A DNA stretch of 64,000 nucleotides from Podarcis melisellensis (lineage: Eukaryota), in assembly GCA_964234715.1 (NCBI GenBank), contig OZ174276.1. The stretch is one strand, 5' to 3'. The notes beneath the pieces were generated by a model that was not told the DNA's origin, ran no database searches, and was given only the letters and a program-made list of their open reading frames with translations. Positions within the stretch are counted from its first letter, which is position 1, and each line of letters begins with the position of its first letter. Shown here one piece after another: positions 1 to 64,000 of the stretch. The position numbers were made by a program, and so were the translations under genes.

Positions 1-1147
1 TGGAGTCAGAGTCACCGCATTAGGAGAGGGCTTTGTTTCCAGGACTGATGATACTTACTGAAATTTCGCTTAGAATGACTTTCTGTCGACTTACTACAAC
101 AGGCAGAGTAGTAGGAGTATATTTTTTTGGCTTGCATACCTCTTTCTTTCTCTCCTGTGTTGACAGTGAATGTTTGATTCCCATTCTGGCCTGTTACACA
201 GGATTCCTAGCAAATAGGATTCTGGAAGAAGATGAGGTTTGGTGTGTCGTGGATTCCTCACCCCCCACCCGGTTGTGTTCACAGTTTTTAGCCACCCATC
301 TTTTCACTTCCTTAAGACTGGTTGTTTATCATCCCTCTTCTCTTGACAGCTGCTATGACCTTCATTTAATAAGATTGTGTATATTAATGTTAACATGTCG
401 GTTGGGCCAGGCTCCAAGTGCATTAGCAGGGATTGGCAGGTAATTCTATTTGATATGTTCTATTTACCCATATACTGCAAGCCAGGCAGGCCTTGGTGGT
501 GTTAATTACCAGAGTCTTAGCACAGTATCTCATCTATTTGGGTTTCAGTGTCTTATCTGTTGAAGGCTGGAAATTAGAGTAGTGCCTCTTGCACTCCCCA
601 AAGCTAGTTGCTTCTTATTGCTGATTGGCATGGTGGGGCCCTGCGCTGTGTTTGCCAAGGCCTTCACTCTTTGGAAGCCCCCAGCCCACCACAAAATCTG
701 ATGGGAGAGAGCCTGCCTAATTAGTGTCTGCATCTTCTATAAAAAGAAGTAATGACTAACACTGGAGATGGGAGGTGGGGGAATGACAGGGGAGTCTTAC
801 CATCTCAAATCACGTAAGTTATATTACAGATTTCTAATGGAATAGTATTTAGCATTTATACAGTGCTTTAGGGTGCTCAGGATGTTTCAAATACAGTGGC
901 CGGATACTATTTATTTTATTATATTTTTATACCGCTTTTCAGACAAATTGTCTCTTCCAAAGCAGCTCTCATCAATTAAAGAGAGAGGGAAGAAGAGAGA
1001 GAGAGAGATGGGGAGCCTTCCATCAGGCTTCCAAACTTAAAAAAATAAATAAGAAGGAACACAAAGAAAAGGGAGGTGGAGGGAAAAGGTAGAGCAAGGG
1101 ATATCATTTTGACAGTACTACAGCAAGGTGGTGAGTTGTAAATAGGC

Positions 1148-1560
1148 ATTTATTTGATTGTGGGTTGTGTTTATGAGATGACTCATAAACTAAATTCTCC
1201 AGGTGGCAAGCAGAGATTGAAAACACAACAATAAAACCACACTACAATAAAACCCACAGTAAGATTAAGAGACATAAAAGCAAAGTACAAAACCAGCACA
1301 ATAAAATGCCACAGACAGCACAGAACTAAAACAGCCATCAGATGCATGCGCTAAAGCCACCATATGCCTCAGGACTTAAAGTCTGATCTTAAAAGACCTG
1401 GGAGAATAGAAAAGTCTTAGCCTGGTGCTAAAAAGGCAGCAATGTCGGTGCCCGGCAAGCTACCCTAGGGAGAGTATTCCTTAGTCAAGGGCTGCCTCCA
1501 GAAAGTCCCTCCTTTGTTTCTACCCTCCAAGCTTCACATTGAGAAGCTAAACAGAGAGGG
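1148..1560 (-). mobile_element. Degenerate L2-type LINE 3' end
   Basis: AC-rich tail followed by gacctgggagaatagaaaagtcttagcctggtgctaaaa...ggagagtattcc, similar to the L2 copy at 42750-43360; boundaries approximate. Confidence 0.55.
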
Positions 1561-1708
1561 GAATATAGCCATTGTGACTAGTAGCAATTGATAGCCTTGT
1601 CCTCCATGAATGTGTCTGAACCTCTTTTAAAGCCATCCAAGTTGGTGGCCATTACTACTTCCTGTGGGAATACATTCCGTAGTTTAAGTATTCACTGTGT
1701 GAAGAACT
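1561..1708 (-). mobile_element. CR1 LINE 3' fragment
   Basis: gatagccttgtcctccatgaatgtgtctgaacctcttttaaagccatccaagttggtggcca is a reverse-complement relative of the 22703-22966 copy. Confidence 0.65.
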
Positions 1709-2890
1709 GCATCTCTTCCCGGGTCACCAGCTCCTTTTAGACAAGTGTATGATACTAGAATCCTAAATCTTGATTTAAGATATTCACACTGACTCCTGAT
1801 TGCAAGGTATGAAGCTCTCAAGAACCAATTCTGACTGAACCCTGTTATGTGAAGTGTGGGGTTGTCATGAAGAGGTTTGTGAACCTAAAACCATTAGGTA
1901 GTGTCAAGGCTACTAAATGGTGTTGATAACGCACATCTTGTTTACCTGCCAATTTTTGAGCACTTGCCAGCATTAGGTTTTAATGATACTCTCTGCATCA
2001 TTAAATAATTAAAATTAAATTAAGAACTTGTCCCACTAATTGTAAGCCCTGTGTAGGCAAATCAAGTAGTGTGCCTTTCCAGTCCAAGTTTGGGGACTTA
2101 ACATTGGTGCTTTTTCCAACTGTTGCTCTGGTTGAAGCCTTGAAGGCCATGCAGCCTTTGTAGGTGCTCCTCCAGACAATTGTTGATGACTTCCTGGTGC
2201 TTTCTAGAAGTTGTTGGGCTCCAGCTCCCATTAGCCTTGACCAGTGTAACCAATAGTAATGGGAGTTGGACCTAAACAGCACCAAAAGGGCACCACGTTG
2301 GCTACCCTTGCGATAAGATCAGCTTCAGTGCAGTGGAATGAATGATGGGCACAGCATGCACAAAGAAATGTAACCTTTTCTCCTGGAAAATGTTAAACTG
2401 TATAGGTCATTAGTCTGGAACAGGTGGAGAACTTTCTGCTTGGCACTCTGATTCCTTCTACTCCAAGGGTTTCAGAAGAGCACCATTTGAGTTAAGACTA
2501 GAGCCATCGGATGTCCTGCTGAAATAATTTATCAGCTTGCATTTTGCTTTCACTATCTCTGTAGCACCGTTACTGTACAGAAGGCTTTACAATGTTCTAA
2601 TCTCCTCAGAACGATAATACTATGCCAAATAAACAAGTTTAGCCTTAATTTTACGGTGGCGAGTCAGTGCTCCATTATACCTTCCAGACTTGTCTTTTAT
2701 CAACCTGGCATGATGCTATGTTCCAGAATCAAGCCCAAATGTAGTGCCTTTCTTTCTTAACACAGCTTGGGAAGCAAACCCATCATTCTAAGTAGCCGTG
2801 CTACCAATGTCAGTATTGCTTCACTTTTGAAAGCCTGATCTCAGAGACTCCTAATAGAAGTTTTGCTGCTACACAAGAAGATGGAAGGTC

Positions 2891-2929
2891 GCTTCTGTGT
2901 GCTTTCAAAGCTTCTGTGTGCTTTCAAAG
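2891..2929. repeat. Perfect 19-bp tandem duplication (gcttctgtgtgctttcaaa)x2
   Basis: Direct reading. Confidence 0.9.
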
Positions 2930-5900
2930 TTTTAAGTGGTACATTCTCAGATAGAATATATGCATTCAGGCACAGGAGGGCCATTCTGAAATGAAATGAT
3001 CAAATGGCCAAACCGGTTAGTTGATGATTCATTATCTCATCTTTTGGGCACTGATATATCTTGTGTCCACTTCATTTGGCAGATCTGAAGGGTTTGTGCT
3101 CTGAAACCAATTAGCAAAAGAGTGCTGTTGTTTGTCAGGGATGGAGCTGGGGTGGGAGAGTGCCTGCTTCTGTGACTCTGTGTGTGAGTGTTTAAGGGGA
3201 GACGGTTCAAGAAAGAGCCAGATTTCGCTGCCAGCTCTGGTTCCCAAGTGCCTTGTTTAGCCGCGACCTCCCCACACAGTGTGTCAAGCAGTGTCAACTT
3301 TTTCCCAGAGTTGCTGCTCCCCAAACGTGTGGCCCTTGTCAGTTTTGCTGCAGTGGAGGGGAAATCTAACATACCACGGCAGCCTTTAACACTAATTTAA
3401 CAATACCAAACAAACAGCCACGGCTCACCAAGTATCCCAGAGGAGCCCAATTTAGGAAAGAATGACTTGGGTTGCCTGCTGCAGCAGCTGCCTTAATGAG
3501 TTCTGATCCAGGACTTTAGCAGATGATTGGATTGAATTTAGGCGAGCAGCAAACCCCCAAAGCTCAAATCGGTTTGACTGTTGTATAAATTCTGAGGCAT
3601 AGCATGTGATTGCCCTAGGCCTGCTTGTAAGTTAACTCGTGGAGCAGCCTGCAAGTCAGGGAGCGGAGAAGGGAGCCAGAGTTTGTGGGCTTTGGATACC
3701 TATTCCAAGTTGGCTTTGGGCAAGCTACAACCTCTTTGTGCCTTGGCTGCTGGTAATTCTCCAGCGTAGCCTCCTTTTGCTGCTTTGTTAATGAGACTTG
3801 GATGGTGTTTGTGAGGCAAGAGTCGGAGAATGAAAAATAAAGTGTTACGTTTTAATGACGCATGTTGATGCCTTGGTCAGGTATGTTGAAGGAGATGTTC
3901 TTTATGTTTGCACTGCCCCCTGGGACTGGAGGAAATAGTTGGTTTGCTACTTCCCCTCTACCAAATCTGTCTGCTCCAAATGATGGCCCATATTGTAGAA
4001 TGAAAGGGCCCCGTTCTGGAGGCGAGGAGTGTCTGAGGACCTGTGATTCTGAGAGTACAGGCCTAACACAAATTTTGCCTGTCTTTAGGGGCGGCTACTG
4101 GAGGAGCGTAGTGTTACAGAGGCTGAGATCTCCCCAGCTAGAAAAGAGTTGCATCATACATGAGCAGCCTTTTGCCATCTTATTATTGTAGCGCACTCTG
4201 CATGCTGCTACCCTCCTTGACAAATATTCAGAAGAGATGCCTGATACACAGTGGGGACTGCAGGATTGCTATGTATTTTCACTCAAGTCTGTGGCCCTAT
4301 TGTTAGCCATGGTAAGGCTTGTCTGCCTGAAGCAGCATAGTTTGGGGTAACATTAAAAGACAGCCATTCCTGCCCCCCCCCCCAGCTATTTTATTAATAT
4401 ATTTTACCACCATTGGTGATGGTGGCAGAGTTGCCATTTGGATCATCGGCCTCAGGCATGAATTTTGGGGGGGCTGTTTCTCATTACGTTTATGTTTCAA
4501 GATCTCCATTGATGCCTTACTAGTTATCCAGCAACAATAGAAGATGCTGGCTTAGAACTAAGAAGTTTGGCCCACACATGCCTTAGAAATCTCTTTCCCA
4601 TCTTATGACACATCTTTACTGTTAAAATCAACACAGTCTGTGCCTTCCTAACAATGCAATCTGTGCAAGAGCGTGTAGTGAGGTAACTTTGTGGCTGCCT
4701 CATAATTATAGAAATCCCTGCTCCTGGAGGTTTGCCAGAGCCTGTGCATTATCTGTAGATAATATAAGGCTTTTCTGTTGGAAGCAGCAATGGGAGGCCT
4801 GTAGTGGCTTTGTCTTGATGATATTTTGATGCCTTCGGTCTATTTTTAAACATGAGATCCTTTCTGAACATTTGGAAGCTGGCAGGATGCAGATTTAAAC
4901 AAATAATGGGGATGTGTTCTCAGGCATGGTTGCTACTTCCCACCAGCTTAGAAAGTTTAGGCCGTATGCAGAGCCAGCAGGAACAGTGGGACCAGTAGCT
5001 TTAATGTTGACTGGTCAGGTAAGCAATCTGCAGTTGGTTTTGCTAGGCCTATTTCAGTGTATCAACAATGACCATGCTGAGGCTTCTTTCTCCTGGAGCC
5101 CACTTCCCTTGGCTTGGGGTTGCCAGTGACCCAGCACAGAGCTTTCCCCACCTGCATGCCCATTAATCGTCTTATCACTTGCAGGTGTGTGCTGAGCACC
5201 AGGGGGGCAGCAAAATGTGGTGTAAAATTGCCCATAATTGCCTTGTTAGTGGCAATGGTGGGCCCGTGCCACACTGCTCATCCGTCATCACGCAGTGTGT
5301 GTCAAGCCACACCTGTCCGCTTTATTGGGAATCATCTTAACAAATGAGGCATATCGTGCTCACTGGGGCTCCCCTCCCTCCCCAGCTGGTGCTGTCAGAA
5401 ACTTCACATGCTGGGATACACCAGAGATGGTAGGGGAAGAGAGGATCCACTTTACAGGGGTTAACTGGTGTCTCCCTTGGTGGGGAGGGCTCTGGAGAGA
5501 TTACTTTCCCTCCATTAACTCACAGCATGAAAGAAAAATAGCCTCTCTGCAAGTGTCCACTGCCCTTGCCAAGAATATGCAGAATGCAAAAAAAAGTAAA
5601 AAAAAGTGGGACGTTCTGTGCCATTCTGAAGGATAGTCCATTGTTGAGACCATGAGCAAGCCATGCTACGGAAAAAAACTTTTTACTATTTCCATTTTCA
5701 TGTCACCATACCTACAGAGTGAGCCAGAGCAAATCAGCAGCTTACATACATTAGCCATTGTGATACCTTGGAGCCACCTGCTTGAATATTAGCAGAATCA
5801 ACAGTCCGGCCATTCCAAACATGTGGTTTAGGCGTCCTGAAGCTTATTCACAGGGGGATAGATGCATGGGTGTTATTTTCTTTTTGCTGTGCTTCAGCAC

Positions 5901-6426
5901 AATGAAACTCCCGGTGCTTTCCAGAAATGTAAAATGTATTTTTGCCGTGTGCACAGCCCAGATGCCTTCTCTCCAGTTGCTGTGGTTGGAAGGGAATGAC
6001 TGGGACTCGGTCCTTCAGGGCAAAGCTGAAATATTGCACTGGTTGTCCTTAATACTACCAAAGTTCTTAGCACCATGCAGGTTGTGAATAGTTGGTGTAA
6101 AACAATACCTGGTTCGTGTGGCAGTACTGTGGGGAGCAGAGAAGAGGATGTTGTGTCAACAGGTTGAGGTGGGAAAGGTGGATTATTATCACTGCTTGGA
6201 AGACAACAACCTATTCAGAACACCTGTCTGGGTTTTAAGCATTTGCAATCTTCATTTTAGTTTACCTGATTATATGTTTATTTTCTAACCTGCATGGAGC
6301 TGTAGATATTTAAATAAGCCCTAGATATATAAATGTTGGGTGAGCTGCTGAGTTGTTATGGTATTCAGGTAAGCTGTTGACAATGGCCTAATGAATCCAA
6401 TAACAGTCTGGTTTGTTTCTTCCTAG

Positions 6427-59986
<53,560 letters not shown>

Positions 59987-60534
59987 TGAGGATCAGTGGG
60001 AGGGAGAGGAGTCGATGACCTCTTTCCATGAGGCTGGTCTGCCCTGTATACCCACCAACCTCTTCTCTGCCCTGCAAACTAGACTTGCTTATTTATTTTG
60101 GAGCTCAGATTTTTTTTTGGGGGGGGGAGTTAAAAGCTGACTGGCGGTGGAGTACATGAAAGGGATAACTGTGGCTGGAGTACGGATAAACCTCCACATT
60201 CCAACCCACTCCTTTTCTTCCATTGAAGCCCCTCAACCCCCTGTGTTAGTGCTCCAAGGTGGGAACACTGTGCTTCTCTTGTGATGTGCAGCTTTGTCCT
60301 CAGGTGTTCCTGTCAGGATCCAGCAGGCTATTATATACTCATGTTTCCACCTTTCTCCCCCGTCCCTCCCCCCTTCCCCCATGCAACTGTCCAAACTGCT
60401 CAAGGTAAACAAACAAACAGGCCAACTTTAACCTTCACCCCACCCACCAGGAAAGAAATAATAATAATAATAAATAATAATAATAAGGGAAGCATCACAA
60501 CAGTGTTAGCAAAAATATAGCAGGTAAATACAAA

Positions 60535-60890
60535 GGTAAAGGTACCCCTGCCCGTACGGGCCAGTCTTGACAGACTCTGGGGTTGTGCGCCCATCTCACT
60601 TAAGAGGCCAGGGGCCAGCGCTGTCCGGAGACACTTCCGGGTCACGTGGCCAGCGTGACATTGCTGCTCTGGCGAGCCAGAGCCGCACACGGAAACGCCG
60701 TTTACCTTCCCGCTGGTAAGCGGTCCCTATTTATCTACTTGCACCCGGAGGTGCTTTCGAACTGCTAGGTTGGCAGGCGCTGGGACCGAGCAGCGGGAGC
60801 GCACCCCGCCGCAGGGATTCGAACCGCCGACCTTTCGATCAGCAAGTCCTAGGCACTGAGGCTTTAACCCACAGCGCCACCTGCGTCCCT
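60535..60890 (-). mobile_element. Sauria SINE, full length, young
   Basis: The minus strand begins gggacgcaggtggcgctgtggg with B-box ggttcgaatcc and ends in (accttt)n. Perfect 12-bp TSD ggtaaatacaaa at 60523-60534 and 60891-60902. CpG-rich. Confidence 0.95.
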
Positions 60891-62029
60891 GGTAAATACA
60901 AAAGAGGGGACTAAATCACACAGTGGGAACGCATATAATTAATTAATTAAATAAATAAACAAATAAATGAACAAAATAAAAGAGAGAAAATCCCACTTGC
61001 CCTTTGCCATTCAATCACCAACTTAAACTACAGGAACATGCAGAAGTACAGCAGAGGAAAACACTCTCTTAGCATGTCACTTGACTGTTTTCAGTTATCC
61101 CTATGCTGGGTAGTCTCCAATGGTATCCTAATTTGCAATCCCAGGAGTGGGGGGGGGGCACATGTTTGCCATGAAGTCACTTCAGCCAGCCTCTTAAGTT
61201 TTAAGGAGTGGTTAAAAGCCCATCTGCCGTAATTGGTATAAACTCCATAAAGTACTTTTCTGTGAACACGTTCTCTGCAATCCTTTATTAAAGCAATAAA
61301 ATATATAACACTAATAAAAATATATGTAATAGGATCACATGGATTTTATTGCCCGGCTGAACGACAATGAGACCTGGGGGAGTGGGGGGGGGGAATAGTG
61401 GCTTGTGTAAAGCAATAAAAGCCTTTGTACAAGAGTTTGCCAAACTACTCTGGGCAAGGAGGTTCTTCCAAGAGCTGGCGAGTGGCCCCACAGTTTCTTA
61501 CGTTCATAAGCGGATAGAAGGTGAGGAGAGAGAGTGAGTTATCGTGGGAAGGGGCAAAGGTTGCAACACAAAGAGGTGGATCTAACAGACTGCATTAATG
61601 AAGAATTAGATAGAGTGTAAGGCATTTGGAAAGCAGGTTGAGGCTCAAGTTACTGCAGCTCAGTAGAACAGGCATAAACACCCAGATCAGTTGTCTTGTC
61701 TGTCTCAAGCCATGAAGTAGTTGTTTGCACACTAAAGAAATTGACAAAGCATTATTTCTGAGTGACAGCAGATTAGTGCTGGGCAGCTGGACTAAATGCT
61801 GCCTGTCAGCGAAAACTGAACAATAATTAGTTGTGGTCGTTCCTTCATACACAAGATCCACGTGTGGCAACCTGCCTGGTGCAGAAGATACATACATGTT
61901 TCATGAGCAGAGATTTAGGATTGCTTTGGATATTCTCTGCATATTCCATTGCAGAGTTCCTGCCAAGATGGGAGGTTCTGCTGGTGTTCTGCCCTCCAGC
62001 CCAATTCCCTCTTCTACAACCTGCTTCCA

Positions 62030-62140
62030 GCAGAGGTTGGATGGCCATCTGTCATGGATGCTTGAGATTCCTGCATTGCAGGGGATTGGCCTAGATGACC
62101 CTCAGGGGGTCCCTTCCAGCTCTGCAATTCTATGGTTCTA
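62030..62140 (+). mobile_element. CR1 3' tail fragment
   Basis: gcagaggttggatggccatctgtca...ttcctgcattgcaggggattggcctagatgacc...cccttccagctctgcaattctatg. Confidence 0.82.
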
Positions 62141-64000
62141 AGGACTTCAAAGCTATGGAGCACATTTGCTGAGACAGCAAAAGGTGCTTCCTAACAGATC
62201 TGCTCAAGGAGGAGACTGCCTTTCCAGTTGTCTGCCAACAGGAGAGCTGTGTGTATATGAAATGACACACAGAGTCTCGTTATTGCTTTTTTTCCTTTGC
62301 ATATTAAACTGTAAGCAACTTTTTATTTTACAATGCCTTGATTTAAATTTGAAAAGTTGCTGTGGCCTCAGGCCCAGACAGACCTCCCTGTTGTAAGCCA
62401 AGAATCCCTGCAACAGGTCTTTCCTGTATGAGTAGGCACGAGTATCTACTTCTAGGCAATAAGGATGGTCCCTATACCAGGAAATAGCTAACACTAGCAG
62501 TGCCTTAGCAGCCTGCACAGTTGCAGGGCTTCTTAGCAAGATCCTAGCCATCTGCCTTAGACCAAAAGTCACCACAAAGCTGAAACCAGAGGTGACCCCC
62601 CCAGCTGTTCCTAGAGACATTTTCATAGCAACTGCCTGCCCTGGGGCTGGTCTCCAGCTCCCAACATTCCCTTTCATTAGTATTACAAATAAGCAAGGCC
62701 TTAAAAGCAGAAATCAATAACAAAGCAAGCACTACGTGTTTGGAAAGCGTGATCTTAATGAGCTGAATGCAGGGTGAGTTGCCATTCCTTGTCTTTCCCG
62801 GTTAACCGCTGCCTGGCATCTGCTGGATGTGCATCCATAGCCCGCTCTAAAAGCACTGCTTGTGTGTTCACAGCTCCCAGGAACTTCTTTTATTATTTGT
62901 AATGGGATTAATAAATAGCAGCTGTTCCCTTTGTTTGTTTTCATTCATTAAACACAATTACATGCAGCCCGATTGCACCCTCTTTGATGTGAAATGGGAG
63001 AGAATAATTTTTCCTGTTGTTCAGTGCTATAATATGCTGTCATTGGCACTGAATGAAAATCATAATTAATTTTCATTTGGGTTTTTGCATCTTCCTAATC
63101 ACGGTGGTCCCAGCTCCTTAAAACAGGTGACAGACATGCATCTCCCGCTCTCTTCTCATGCTCCCTGTAGTTTTCCTCTTTACTGTGCTGCTCCCAGAAG
63201 GGCAACACAATAACAGAAGATCAAACAAATACAAAGCAGGTTGTAAATCTTTCAGAATGTAGTGAGTCTTTCTTGAATCAAGAGAGAAAGGGATTCACGA
63301 ACCATGAATAGAACTCCTGTTCCTAGTCACTCAATAGCTCCAGTACCCTTAATAATTTCATCTTTTTTTATTTCTGCCAGATTAACGTGTCATTTGCATT
63401 CAGAGCTTGGCCACCTAGAAATCACTGTGATTGGCGTTTTCTGTGCTTTGGATGGAGTATTGGGGTCCTTCCATATGTGCCAATGCAGGTCTTGGTTATC
63501 CCCATGCAGAATTGCAGTAGGCTCAGTTTTTGTACTGAGGAGGTGGTGGAATCACATTTCCCATGGAAAGCTAACAGTAGTTATCCTCCCCTAGGGAATG
63601 AAGTTGAGCTGCTTTACCCTCTTTTCCAACTCTTAGGATTCTTCATGCATTCGCTAACTATTCGGCAAATCACCTTTATAGAATCTGCACTGAGCTTTTA
63701 AGTGTTTCATCATCCGCAAGGTCCTGAGCTGCAGCGCTGTGTACTCTCCACAGCACGTTCTGCACGTTTAGCGCTGGAGACCTGTAGGGCGCCACAGCTG
63801 CTCTTAATCAAAAGGAGCTGATTTCCATATTAAGGAATTACCTGTAGGGCTTGTGATGGACCTTTCCTGCCTCCTAATAGTCAGTCTATTAATTATACAA
63901 GAGTTTATTTCCAATTATGCAGCCAATGAAATGGTTAATCAAGTCCCCTTTGATGGATGCTTTGACATTTAATTGGAAAGAGAAATCCACCTTGCACTCA

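Noticed and set aside
5192-5212. CTCF site (gcaccaggggggcagca)
   Set aside because: The extra G breaks the register of the core consensus; a PWM scan would be needed.
63826-63836. CArG box CCATATTAAGG
   Set aside because: Seven A/T bases rather than the required six.

Overview
This is vertebrate genomic DNA, almost certainly from a squamate reptile and probably a lacertid lizard, judging by the Sauria SINE, Squam3-like SINE and tRNA-Lys/CR1 SINE content. The whole window lies inside a plexin-A1 (PLXNA1) gene on the + strand. I could place 19 consecutive internal coding exons between 6427 and 59968, all with GT-AG boundaries and compatible phases. They join to 2988 nt (996 codons) with no stop and encode IPT/TIG domains, the glycine-rich transmembrane helix, the juxtamembrane segment, the split GAP domain and the Rho-binding domain. 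The 5' exons (sema/PSI) and the last coding exon lie outside the window. The introns hold a 5'-truncated RTE-clade LINE, two Sauria SINEs in opposite orientation, degenerate L2/CR1/MIR/Penelope fragments, Tigger-like and hAT-like MITEs, microsatellites, and several non-repetitive motif-dense blocks that may be enhancers. Nearly all other ORFs in the six-frame track are spurious. I found no clear new biological system. The best leads are splicing-related (a microsatellite acceptor at the TM exon, a candidate microexon, an inverted SINE pair) and transposable-element biology. Repeat family names and human/paralog comparisons come from recalled sequences, not database searches.
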